A DNA stretch of 64,000 bases, from positions 95,143 to 159,142 of IMG/VR virus record IMGVR_UViG_3300031576_000005; one strand, written 5' to 3'. The translations under genes and the position numbers were made by a program. The notes under the pieces are model-generated. The model saw only the letters and a list, made by a program, of their open reading frames with translations. It searched no databases and was not told where the DNA came from. Source of the stretch: a virus. Below are positions 9,772-19,447 of the stretch, piece by piece (position 1 is the stretch's first letter; every line of letters starts with the position of its first letter).

Positions 9772-10404
9772 TTATTTGACTCTTTTAGCTAAGTCTATAA
9801 TAATATCATTTGGATTCATTTCTTTATAATAAAGATTTTCTATATCTTTGATTTTAAATTCATTATAATATTTGGGATTAATAAACCAATCTTCTAAATA
9901 TTTTTTGCCAGCGAATGAAAGTCCAACATTTTCAACAATCATTTTATATGGTTTATCTTTCATAAAAGAACTTAATTTTTCTTTTTGAAATTGTCCATGC
10001 GGGTTATATAAATCGTGCTCTATTGTTAATATTTTAAAATCATATTCTTCAAATGGAAATTTTGATAAAACATTAACGCACGGGTCTTCAATGTATCCGT
10101 TTGGGTCTATATCAATTGTAAGATAATCGATAGCTTTTGGAACTTTAAAATGGTCAAATAATTTTTTGTAATCCAGGTGAAATGCGTCGGCCTGAATAAC
10201 TGTAGATTTTGGCCTGAATTTAGCCGCTTCTTCACAATATCTAGGAAGATATTCTATGAGCAAACCAGTCCAACCGAGTTCCTCTAACCAAGCTGTATTT
10301 GATGCACATGGCTCGCCTTCTCCATTGCCAGCGCCAATATCAACATAATATCCTGAATTTCCCAATAGTAATTGAACAAACAAATCTTGTTGTGATAAAC
10401 TCAT
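9772..10404 (-). CDS. FkbM-like methyltransferase
   Basis: QQDLFV, YVDIGAG, SNT..LE..GWTGLLIE, IDYLTIDID, TIEH, EDWF. Confidence 0.82.
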   Translation of the reverse strand: MSLSQQDLFVQLLLGNSGYYVDIGAGNGEGEPCASNTAWLEELGWTGLLIEYLPRYCEEAAKFRPKSTVIQADAFHLDYKKLFDHFKVPKAIDYLTIDIDPNGYIEDPCVNVLSKFPFEEYDFKILTIEHDLYNPHGQFQKEKLSSFMKDKPYKMIVENVGLSFAGKKYLEDWFINPKYYNEFKIKDIENLYYKEMNPNDIIIDLAKRVK

Positions 10405-10424
10405 ATAGTTATATATTTAATTTT

Positions 10425-12021
10425 TTATTTTTCGTAAATTTTTCCATTTATTACCATAATATCAACCGGCGTATTTTTAAAGAAATTATTTGCGTCTTCT
10501 TGAGTTTCTAGTATTGGCTCACCATTTCCATTTAAACTCGTGTTTATTATCATAGGTATATTGGTTTGGCTATAAAAAGATTCAATAAGTTTATAATAAT
10601 TAGGATTTGTTTCCTTGGTAACAGTCTGCATTCTAGCAGAACCATCAATATGTGTGATTGAGGGAATTTCTTTTGGATTTTTCACTTGAGCCGTAAATAA
10701 CATAAAAGGACTTTTTGTAGGAAAATCAAACCATTCTTGGGTTTTTTCTTCTAAAACTGATGGTGCAAACGGCCTGAACCATTCCCTCTTTTTAATTAAA
10801 AAATTTAATAACTCTCTATTATGGAAATTACGTGGGTCTGCTAAAATAGAGCGATGTCCAAGCGCTCTTGGTCCGTGTTCCGATTTTCCATCAAACCATC
10901 CAATAATTTTTCCTTTCGATATTTGTTTTGCTAAAAAATCATATTCAAGCTCTCTCTCTCTCTTCGCCTCCACCCAGATAGCAAATCTCATTATCTGTAT
11001 ATTTGTAACGTGGTTCATTAAACAAATTATGAGTAACGTAAAGTGCCGAACCAACCGCTATTCCATCATCACCACAACCAGGAAATAAGTGAACATTTTT
11101 AAATTTAGATTCTTTCAAAATTCTGGTATTAACATTGCAATTGAGCATTGAACCACCACTTAAACATATATTTTTATTTCCTTGATTATCAATATTTTGT
11201 ATACATTTTAAAATCGCTTCCTCGAATATATATTGAAGAGATGCGGCGATATTCATCGCTGTTTTACTATCTTTAAAAGAAGAATCAAAAGCTTTATCTG
11301 TCCTAGAAATTTCTTTCCAAAATTTACAAAATTCCTCCTCAAATACTAACTCTTTGTTAAAAAAGCATCTCTCAACATATGAATTAATATTTTTAATTAT
11401 AAAATCTAACGGCATCCCATAAGATGCTAGACCCATCGTTGAACCAGCTTTATGTAAAGGGTCTCCTAGCCCCAAATTATATGTAAATTTTGTATAAAGA
11501 TTCCCAACCATTAAACCCGGGCAATTAATAGCCAGTATCTTATTATTTTCTCCATAGGCAACTAAAGAATTCCACGCCATCATTCCGGTACTAGAATCCA
11601 AACTGAAACAAAAAGAAGATTGAAATGGACTAGTATAAAAAGATGACGCACAATGCGCCATATGGTGTGGAATTGCTATTGCCGGAATTCTTTTGCCTCT
11701 TATTTCAAAAAATATATTATCTTTTATTATTTGATTACCCACCACACCCTGCGTAAATATTCCGCATTCTTGATTATTTATAAAAAGTTTACATGTTCCG
11801 TTCGCATATTCAGGAAAATAATCGGTAAATGAAATAACGTCAACTTCATTTAATGAAATATTAGATAGTTTTAATCCGTAATCTAATACCTCATTTGTTA
11901 TTCCGTAAGATTTTTTAATTCTAGTAACTCTTTCCGATGAAATTGCCGAAATTAATTTGTTACCTTTTACTACAGCCATTCCCCCGTCGTGTCCTAAATG
12001 AAGCCCTAATATATTAGCCAT
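10425..12021 (-). CDS. NodU/CmcH/TobZ-family carbamoyltransferase, frameshifted at an (AG)7 repeat
   Basis: N-half 10945-12021: GHD, SERVTRIK, HHMAH, MGLASYG, GGSMLNC, GDDGIAVG, YLG. C-half in another frame: SEHGPRALGHRSILADPR, KKREWFRPFAPS, HIDGSARMQTV, NTSLN..GEPI. Confidence 0.9.
10950..10963. repeat. (CT)7 on + / (AG)7 on coding strand, at the frameshift junction
   Basis: Coding strand GGC GA[AGAGAGAGAGAGAG]CTTGA; 8 or 5 units would restore the frame. Confidence 0.95.
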
Positions 12022-12024
12022 ATT

Positions 12025-12717
12025 TTATTTTTTTATAGGTTGAAGTAATAAGTCATGTACGTGTTTAGTATCAAAATCTTCTCTACAAACTTTTTCCATA
12101 GTATCTGGATTTAATGGATTATAGCCTATAAAATCAATTGCGTCAAACAAATTATCATTTTTACTTTTATGAAACCACCACTCGGTATAGATTAGTGGTT
12201 TATACATGTCAAGAATTGGTTTAATATTTTTTAATACAACCGGCTCCCAACCTTCTATATCCATTTTTATAAATTTAAGATTGTTCAAATCATGTTTTAA
12301 CAAAAATTGAGCGGTATTAATACAAGGTAATTCCACTAACTGGCAATGCCCACGTTCTTCTTCGATTGAAAATCCATCCATAATACCTCCGTTAGACCTC
12401 CCGCCACCAAAAGTTTTATATTCATCCCTATCCGAACAACCAGTATTATAAGCTGTACAATTTTTTATTTGATTTAATTCTAAATTTTTAATCAAAAAAC
12501 TATATACCTCTGGGTTAATTTCGAAACTCATTACCCCCCCCACAGTCGCCCCCGCTAATATTGACATAGCAATACTAGAAGTTCCTAAATTAGCCCCAAT
12601 ATCCAAACATAAACAGCCCTTTTCTATAAAAGGGGGCAACACCTTCATAAACATATCAAATTCGGCGGGTAAACTCACACCTCTTGGAACATCGATTTGT
12701 GGATATTCAAAAATCAT
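12025..12717 (-). CDS. FkbM family methyltransferase
   Basis: LDIGANLG, MSFE, IKMDIEGWE, KPLIYTE. Confidence 0.88.
   Translation of the reverse strand: MIFEYPQIDVPRGVSLPAEFDMFMKVLPPFIEKGCLCLDIGANLGTSSIAMSILAGATVGGVMSFEINPEVYSFLIKNLELNQIKNCTAYNTGCSDRDEYKTFGGGRSNGGIMDGFSIEEERGHCQLVELPCINTAQFLLKHDLNNLKFIKMDIEGWEPVVLKNIKPILDMYKPLIYTEWWFHKSKNDNLFDAIDFIGYNPLNPDTMEKVCREDFDTKHVHDLLLQPIKK
12534..12541. repeat. C8 (+) / G8 (coding strand) homopolymer inside FkbM gene, currently in frame
   Basis: GTG GGG GGG GTA (V-G-G-V); longest G/C run I noticed in the window. Confidence 0.85.
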
Positions 12718-13955
12718 ACTATTTCTATTTTTGGTAAAGGGAAAATAAATTTTCCACCATTTTTTCTAAATTCAGTTTCTCTTTCCAGAATTTCTGCCTT
12801 AAAATGATAGGGGCCAATAAAATAATAATCTGGTTTCATGTTGCGGCTTTCTTCCTCAGAAATCAACTTAATTCCACTAATTGTAGTAGCTCCAACTTTT
12901 TCTGGGCTGCGTTCTGCTGCGTATTGAATTAAATCTGTTCCAATTTCGCAATATCCAAGAATAGTGTTTAATTTTGTAGACGAACCATAAATATGAATGG
13001 TTTTACCTTCTAACCTAATCTGTTTTAGCAATTTATTCAATTCGGTTTTATGGGCGAGAACTCGACTCCTAAAAATCTCATATGTTGATTCATCATCAAG
13101 AGCGGCATTGAATTCTCCTAAGCGAATTTCCGATAGTCTTTTTCTAGAATTTTCACTATCATAATTGTGACAGTCATCATGTGTTATATAGCACATAATA
13201 CTACCACCATTAGTATCGGTTAATTCTGCGTCAAAAACTTTTAATCCACAGGCTTTCATCATAATTTCAATTGGAGCTAAGTGATAATGAATTATATGCT
13301 CGTTTACGCAAGAATCATAAGATAGATTTTTTAGCATAGAAGGCCAATATGCAACTTCAAAAATCCAAATACCTTTTTTATGTAAAATTTTTTTAATTTC
13401 TTGTGCAAATTCACAAGGATTTTCAACATCATAATAACACGCAATTGAAGTAATAATATTAATGTCTTTTTCTTCGAGGAGTTTGGTCGGGAATAAATCA
13501 TTTATAATTTTAATATCTTTATCTTTCTGACGGGAAGTAATATCACATGGGTCAATCCCAATTTTTTTAAAATTTTCACTATAATTTCTCAAAAGCGTTC
13601 CGTCGTTCATAGCAATATCTAGTACTGTTCCATCATATAAATTGGTAATCCCAGTGGTTTTCCAAACAATTCTTTGCAAATGTTCTCTCATCGTGTTACT
13701 AATACCAGACTGATACCAGTAATTTGTATATAAAATCCTTGGTGGAATTGTATGGCGGGTTTGAACCAAACCACAAGCATTCTCCCATTTTGAAGTATCG
13801 CAACGAACTATTTGGTTTGGGGTTTTGCGAGTGGGGGGATTTGGCACTCCTTCTTTAATAAAAGAACCCTGAAAATATTGATACCCCAAATCCAATACAT
13901 CGGTCAAATGAGGATTACCACAAATTCGGCAGGTTTGACGATACTTAATATTCAT
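12714..13955 (-). CDS. NDP-sugar C-methyltransferase (second paralog)
   Basis: CRICG..CGLVQ, YWYQSG, LDIAMNDG, GIDP, NEH, NGGSI, YGSSTK. Confidence 0.9.
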   Translation of the reverse strand: MNIKYRQTCRICGNPHLTDVLDLGYQYFQGSFIKEGVPNPPTRKTPNQIVRCDTSKWENACGLVQTRHTIPPRILYTNYWYQSGISNTMREHLQRIVWKTTGITNLYDGTVLDIAMNDGTLLRNYSENFKKIGIDPCDITSRQKDKDIKIINDLFPTKLLEEKDINIITSIACYYDVENPCEFAQEIKKILHKKGIWIFEVAYWPSMLKNLSYDSCVNEHIIHYHLAPIEIMMKACGLKVFDAELTDTNGGSIMCYITHDDCHNYDSENSRKRLSEIRLGEFNAALDDESTYEIFRSRVLAHKTELNKLLKQIRLEGKTIHIYGSSTKLNTILGYCEIGTDLIQYAAERSPEKVGATTISGIKLISEEESRNMKPDYYFIGPYHFKAEILERETEFRKNGGKFIFPLPKIEIV

Positions 13956-14143
13956 TATTTTAAAAGATGCTCGAAACTCATATCGTCTGGCAAATTTTTT
14001 GGTTCAGAAAATTCAAGTTTGACAATATGTTTTTCACCTTCATCTCTTGGTTTTGCTAAAACCGGGCCTGTAAATGCCCCGGTAGAACCATCAGATAATG
14101 TTATATAAACTATCTGATATTGTTGTTTATTTTTCTTTTTCAT
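13955..14143 (-). CDS. Hypothetical protein
   Basis: Stop/start overlap with downstream gene. Confidence 0.55.
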   Translation of the reverse strand: MKKKNKQQYQIVYITLSDGSTGAFTGPVLAKPRDEGEKHIVKLEFSEPKNLPDDMSFEHLLK

Positions 14144-14271
14144 TTTTCCTCTTCTTTAATATCATATCATCAAACTTGACGACTTTCAAGTTCTTTTTGT
14201 ATTTTGTCTTAATTTTATATCCACAAGCCTCAAATAATGTCTTAACCATCCAATATTGATTATTTGTCATA

Positions 14272-14598
14272 TTATTCTACCACAACTTTAGCCGCATATT
14301 CTTGTTCAAACATTTCAAGCCAAAGTTCTGGTTTTAATCCTTTTTGAGAACCATGAACCCAATAGGGAGAAATAACTCTAACGCTAAAGTCTAAATCAAT
14401 CACCCCTTCGTATTTTACCATTTTATCCTTGCTCCAAGCTGTCAATTTATCTCCACTTTTTAAGACATATAAACCCTCATAACCATGCTGCTTTGGGCAG
14501 GTCTTTGATTTTGTTTCATATATACACCAAATAATACCTTCGGTACCAGTTTCAAAAAATGCTTCTAAAAATCCCTTAATATTTTTTTGTTTTTTCAT
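14272..14598 (-). CDS. Hypothetical phage protein
   Basis: FFETGTEGIIW..WVHG; ATGA overlap. Confidence 0.65.
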   Translation of the reverse strand: MKKQKNIKGFLEAFFETGTEGIIWCIYETKSKTCPKQHGYEGLYVLKSGDKLTAWSKDKMVKYEGVIDLDFSVRVISPYWVHGSQKGLKPELWLEMFEQEYAAKVVVE

Positions 14599-15383
14599 GA
14601 ATCTTTATATACCATAGGTATCATTTGTCCCATCATTTGATAGTAATGTTCGCTGAAGTATAATTTCTTTGTTTCTTCGTCCCATTTATAAGAGCAAGCT
14701 CCATAATGTTTATTTTGAAAGTCACATTTTCTCTTTAGATATCCATCTATATTCGAAACCCAACTATAATGTTTTGGCGAACTAATCTCAAATGGAATTG
14801 TCTTTCCAAGACATTCTTTATATTTGAGGCCATTTTTAAAAGTTAATTCATCATCAAAATGAAATCCCAAAATACCTTCGTTTTTATCATTTCTCCACCA
14901 CCTTGGAACAATAAAAGTTTTTACATAAGAATTAAAATCAAAGACATAATTCTTAAAATGTGTATTAAACCAACTTATATCTGGATTTTCCGAAATAAAA
15001 TTTAAAGACCGTTCTATTTCTTCTAGCTCCCATACTTCGTCCATATTGAGCATAAATAATAAGTCAATATTTTTAGAGAATAGAAAATCCAAATTGGAAT
15101 TCCAAAACTGATATTCAAATTTGTTGTGGTCAAAAACATTCAGATAATCTATAACTCCTTCTTTATGAAGCTTTTGGAATTTTTCAATCGTACCATCGGT
15201 TGAGTAAAGAGGGAATCCAATTGCCGCCGTTTCATTAAAACAACCATGGGCTGTTCCAATATGAACTTCCTCAATAACATTGCTCAACGCCCCTTGTTTA
15301 ACTTTTCGCCACGGGGCAAAAACTTTATCTAAATGTTCAATACATTGATAGCCTAGCGAGGTAATTCCAATTTTATATTTCAT
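14595..15383 (-). CDS. Divergent GT-A fold glycosyltransferase
   Basis: STDGT, FMLNMDEVW (DxD-like), KHYSW. Confidence 0.6.
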   Translation of the reverse strand: MKYKIGITSLGYQCIEHLDKVFAPWRKVKQGALSNVIEEVHIGTAHGCFNETAAIGFPLYSTDGTIEKFQKLHKEGVIDYLNVFDHNKFEYQFWNSNLDFLFSKNIDLLFMLNMDEVWELEEIERSLNFISENPDISWFNTHFKNYVFDFNSYVKTFIVPRWWRNDKNEGILGFHFDDELTFKNGLKYKECLGKTIPFEISSPKHYSWVSNIDGYLKRKCDFQNKHYGACSYKWDEETKKLYFSEHYYQMMGQMIPMVYKDS

Positions 15384-16285
15384 AGGTAAGAAATTGGTAC
15401 ATCGCGTTTTCCAACGTGTATTTCATGAAAGTACAACATTATTCCTTCTACAATAGTTTCTATATTGTCACAAAATTCAAAATTGAAATTAGTAGAAAAT
15501 TTATTGGAATTAATAGTAAAATCATAATTACTCCGTCCTTCTCCTACGGTTAATTTTACGTCTAGTATTTGACTTACCTTTTCCCCAATATCTTTAACAG
15601 TTGCATTGAATGATGCAAGATTATAGATGCCTCGTAATTTTCTATCATTGGTTTCAATAATTCTAGTTACAGCACTACATAAATCTAAGATTCCGAGGAT
15701 TGGCCTAGAAATTTCTGGCGAACTAACAAAAATCTCTTTTTGTCTAAGTCCATTGGTGGCCATTGAGTTTATCATAATATCGGAGCGGAAATTTGGGGCT
15801 TGGCCATTTACAGTCCCAAATCTCAATCCATAAAAGTGTAAACCACAAAGCTTGGCGTGGTTATCAATTTCTGATTTACTTAAATCGTAAGAGTTCTCTG
15901 GTATAAAGATATCGCATCTTTCGGTAGCTTGGTTAACCCTGACATTTCCATAAACGCTAGAACTACTAGCATAAATGAAGATTGTGTCTTTATTCAATTT
16001 GGGCAAAAGATTTACGAAATTCCTTACGTTGTTGTTGAAACAAGAAACATTGTTTCCTTCTGACATTTGAACCGAGGAATGCCCTGCTAACAAAATGATT
16101 GCTTGATATTTATTATAAAACTCTGGCGTCAGATAAGCAAAGTCTAGGTTAATATTATTGGGGTTAGTATAATTACCAAACCATTCTAAATCGACGGTAT
16201 CTACTTGATAATCCGGGCGGTTATTGAGGAATTGATATAAAGCCCCGCCAATATAGCCCGTTCCACCTAGTATTAAAATTTTCAT
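15380..16285 (-). CDS. NAD-dependent epimerase/dehydratase (extended SDR)
   Basis: LGGTGYIG, YASSSSVYG, YDLSK, LRFGTVNG. Confidence 0.9.
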   Translation of the reverse strand: MKILILGGTGYIGGALYQFLNNRPDYQVDTVDLEWFGNYTNPNNINLDFAYLTPEFYNKYQAIILLAGHSSVQMSEGNNVSCFNNNVRNFVNLLPKLNKDTIFIYASSSSVYGNVRVNQATERCDIFIPENSYDLSKSEIDNHAKLCGLHFYGLRFGTVNGQAPNFRSDIMINSMATNGLRQKEIFVSSPEISRPILGILDLCSAVTRIIETNDRKLRGIYNLASFNATVKDIGEKVSQILDVKLTVGEGRSNYDFTINSNKFSTNFNFEFCDNIETIVEGIMLYFHEIHVGKRDVPISYL

Positions 16286-16287
16286 TT

Positions 16288-16923
16288 TTATTGTAGAGAA
16301 ACTAAGGGAATATGGGGCGTCATAATAGGTTCAAAAGCTCTATAAAGCATGTTAAAAAATACAGGAAAATCTACGTCTTTCTTGCTTGGAAAAGCGTTTG
16401 TAAATCCTTCTTGTACTAACCTGAAAGCTAATGTATTCTTCATGCCCTGGCGTAATAAATCCAAATTAAGAGTAAAGGGTGGCAATAATATAAATGCAGA
16501 CCTTAATATTTTTCCTTGAAATTCAGTAGTTCTTGAAAAATCATATACTTCGTTGCTAGATTTAGAATTGCCAATAGCCAAACATGGTTTTGTGGCCAAA
16601 TAATCTAAATTAAATTCAAAATCTACAAATTCGTTTCCTTCTTGGTAGCAAATTGCATCAACATTTTCATTATTCATAGCCGCAGTAAGTGATTCTAGCA
16701 AAACTTTGCCAGATGGAACAGCATTATTATATTCAAAAAGCTGATAATTATGACGCCCAATCCTACTACTGTCCATTATATTTCTAATTATTTTAGTCAT
16801 TCCTTTATCGAGACCATTATTAATTAAATAAATTAAGCCCCCCTCTTCTAGCTTGATATATTTGGGAGAATCGATATCCCCATTTTTTAAATTATAAATG
16901 TATAGAGTTTTCATTTTATTCAT
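16288..16923 (-). CDS. Hypothetical protein
   Basis: 211-aa co-oriented ORF, no motif recognised. Confidence 0.65.
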   Translation of the reverse strand: MNKMKTLYIYNLKNGDIDSPKYIKLEEGGLIYLINNGLDKGMTKIIRNIMDSSRIGRHNYQLFEYNNAVPSGKVLLESLTAAMNNENVDAICYQEGNEFVDFEFNLDYLATKPCLAIGNSKSSNEVYDFSRTTEFQGKILRSAFILLPPFTLNLDLLRQGMKNTLAFRLVQEGFTNAFPSKKDVDFPVFFNMLYRAFEPIMTPHIPLVSLQ

Positions 16924-17077
16924 ATTTAATATAACCTAGTAAATGTTTAGAGGTTAGTAGACAAAGTAGGGCTAATACAATTTTCCAGCCGCCAAGCCAA
17001 ATGATTAACCCATAAGCACAGACAACAAAGATTAATGAGAGGACTGCTAATAGTTGGTTTTTAGTTTCTTTATTCAT
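16916..17077 (-). CDS. Small membrane protein (53 aa, not in the ORF track)
   Basis: Hand translation MNKETKNQLLAVLSLIFVVCAYGLIIWLGGWKIVLALLCLLTSK...; overlaps both neighbours. Confidence 0.6.
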   Translation of the reverse strand: MNKETKNQLLAVLSLIFVVCAYGLIIWLGGWKIVLALLCLLTSKHLLGYIKYE

Positions 17078-17445
17078 ATTTCCTTCATATCGTTTCCATA
17101 TTCTAAATATATCATTTTAAGAAAAATCTTAAATATTCCTTCTGGATTACCATTTCTTATAGCCGTCATGCCATTAATATTTATTATATATTTATTTTGT
17201 TGTATGGCCGCAAGATGAGTTTTAATTTCTATAATTTTATTATCTTGCGTATTTTTAAGAATGATACTCCCACATTCTTTATAAATTTCTATGTAATTTG
17301 GTAGTTTGTAGATTGCTTGAAATGAGTTAAATAATTCTAATATTGGCCTAAATTCTATTTTGCAAGCCAATGAAATAGCGTCTTTAGCCTTTTGTTCGCT
17401 CTCTATCTCAATTCTAACATTCGCAACCATTTCTTGAATGTTCAC
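17074..17445 (-). CDS. Hypothetical protein
   Basis: Coupled ORF. Confidence 0.55.
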   Translation of the reverse strand: MNIQEMVANVRIEIESEQKAKDAISLACKIEFRPILELFNSFQAIYKLPNYIEIYKECGSIILKNTQDNKIIEIKTHLAAIQQNKYIININGMTAIRNGNPEGIFKIFLKMIYLEYGNDMKEI

Positions 17446-17708
17446 AAATCCTTCGTAAAATTGAATTTAGTTTGGGCTTTTTCTAGTTCTTCTTTGTTTT
17501 TTGTTTTTAAATATAAAGCAATGAATTGCTGATTTGCTAAAATCCATTGTTCGACCATATAGTCAAAATTTGTTTGGTCGTCTTCAATATGTTTGCCAGT
17601 TTCTGAATCTATAGTATAATTTGGACTAAATTCTTTATAATATTGATTAGGCGTCAATGATGCTCGATTCCAACACCTTATGAATAATCCTGAAGGTTTC
17701 TTACTCAT
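17442..17708 (-). CDS. Hypothetical protein
   Basis: ATG lies 6 nt after a -10 box. Confidence 0.6.
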   Translation of the reverse strand: MSKKPSGLFIRCWNRASLTPNQYYKEFSPNYTIDSETGKHIEDDQTNFDYMVEQWILANQQFIALYLKTKNKEELEKAQTKFNFTKDL

Positions 17709-17714
17709 TAGTAA

Positions 17715-17743
17715 AATATAGCAGTTTCGTTAAGAATAATCAA
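17715..17743 (-). promoter_or_regulatory. sigma70-like promoter TTGATT-17-TATATT
   Basis: Intergenic, exact 17-nt spacer, ATG 6 nt downstream. Confidence 0.65.
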
Positions 17744-18651
17744 GTAAAATCTTTCTTGATTAGCAGATTTCTCATATCGGCCTGATAGGGGATTTGTACG
17801 TAGGCCGGAATAGCAGATGTGAGAGGTTCGGTCAAATTGAGCATTACTCTGTTGAAAATCGACTCAAGAGGCGATTCTAGGGGCATGTCGTCCTCACATG
17901 TCTCGTGGTAACGAATTATATGGTATGGCGTCTGGTAGCGTTGCTGGAGCACTATACGCGGGATTTGGAGATGAAATGAAATATGTGCGTATGCGGAATC
18001 TATTCCGATGAAATAATCACACTTATTTAATATATTTATCGTCTCCTCTAATGGGCGGTCTACTAAATCTATATAATTACCTTGGCAGAAAAAGGGTAGC
18101 GGACTTCCTTTCCATTGTGAGGTTCTTGCAATAATTATATTATAACCTACTTTATTAAATAAATTTACTAATGCTTGCAGTTTTGGCAACGGATAATTCT
18201 TTTCCATTGTTATCGACGTAACATGTATAAAAATATTCTTAGTATTTGGCTTGATTGCCTCATGTTTGAAGTTTTCATTTGCTTTTAATGAGACTTTCGT
18301 TTGCATGAAGGCTTTATACGTTCGCACATAATCTTTCCATGGAAAGGCGTGCCATGCTAGGGTAAGACTGTCTGGCCAGCATGAATAAACCGCATCATAT
18401 TCATTAATTAAATTATCTAGGAACGTCTTTGGCAAATTAAGGGGGTTTTCTGGGTCTTTATACTCATTCGTTCTTGACGGACACTGAAAAACATTGAAGT
18501 AGGTGCATTTCTTTATGAAATCCAATATTTCTATATGGGAATTTACATATATGTCTGCCTTTCGATTATGTTCGGCTTCAAATAATGTGGCCGCCGAAAG
18601 CGCCTGGCAAACATCCCCAATACCGCCACATGTTATAATTGCACAGCTCAT
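17740..18651 (-). CDS. GT9 (heptosyltransferase-like) glycosyltransferase
   Basis: GGIGDV, KNYP, IDLVD, FIGIDSAYAHIS..L.IP. Confidence 0.8.
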   Translation of the reverse strand: MSCAIITCGGIGDVCQALSAATLFEAEHNRKADIYVNSHIEILDFIKKCTYFNVFQCPSRTNEYKDPENPLNLPKTFLDNLINEYDAVYSCWPDSLTLAWHAFPWKDYVRTYKAFMQTKVSLKANENFKHEAIKPNTKNIFIHVTSITMEKNYPLPKLQALVNLFNKVGYNIIIARTSQWKGSPLPFFCQGNYIDLVDRPLEETINILNKCDYFIGIDSAYAHISFHLQIPRIVLQQRYQTPYHIIRYHETCEDDMPLESPLESIFNRVMLNLTEPLTSAIPAYVQIPYQADMRNLLIKKDFT

Positions 18652-19446
18652 TTGTTTATATTTAAGGCTTCTTTCATGTATTTTGTGAATTGTTTAAATT
18701 GTTGTGGTGTATTATAGCGATTTCCGAAAATTTTATGAAATAGAATATGAAATTCTTTTAAAATTGTGACGCCATTTACAACATCAAATCGTTTTCTGGA
18801 TAATCAGCCCAATTATAGAGATGGTGAGCGGCGAGCTTTCCCCCTGTAATTTTAAGGATTTCATCTGTATAATCATCCTTCTCAAACACTTTTTTCGCCA
18901 TTCTCGAAGCTCTGGATTAAGACTTCTATTTTTACTATTTTCTCTTTCTTCTTGGGTTAAATCATGTCTCCAATTAAAGCTTTTTTCACCCCTTTTAGAT
19001 AAACCTATTTTTAAACGAGATTCATCGGAGTGATGTTTACCAAAGTGAGATAAACTCATTTTTGTTAGGGTTTCATTCGAAGGACAATAATCAAACTTTG
19101 GATGTTCTTTTCCGCATTTTCCAAATAAATAACTTTTTTCTCCTTTATGAGATAAACTCAACTTTTGCTTCGTTTCTTCAGAATGATGCTTTCCATAAAA
19201 AGGATTTTTCTTTCCCTTTAAAGCCAAACTCATTTTTTTAATAGATTCTCTATTATGCTTTTTCCCATACATTGGGTGTCTGTCTCCCTTTTGACGACAG
19301 GATTTACAATATTTTACCCCCTTAGATTTAAGTGCATTATTTTTATTAATTATTCTTTCTTTTCCACAATCATCGCAGCGAACCAAACTTTTAATTCGAC
19401 TTTTCTTTCCATTATAAGTGTTACAAAAATCTAAACAAATTATCAT
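18648..19446 (-). pseudogene. HNH/NUMOD3 endonuclease (family copy 2) with two single-base frameshifts
   Basis: MIICLDF start; adding one A at 18890-18895 and one at 18792-18795 yields WRKKVFEKDDY..AAHHLYNW..PEKRFDVVNGVT..HILFH..NTPQQF, ending at TGA overlapping the next ATG. Confidence 0.85.
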
Positions 19447-19447
19447 A

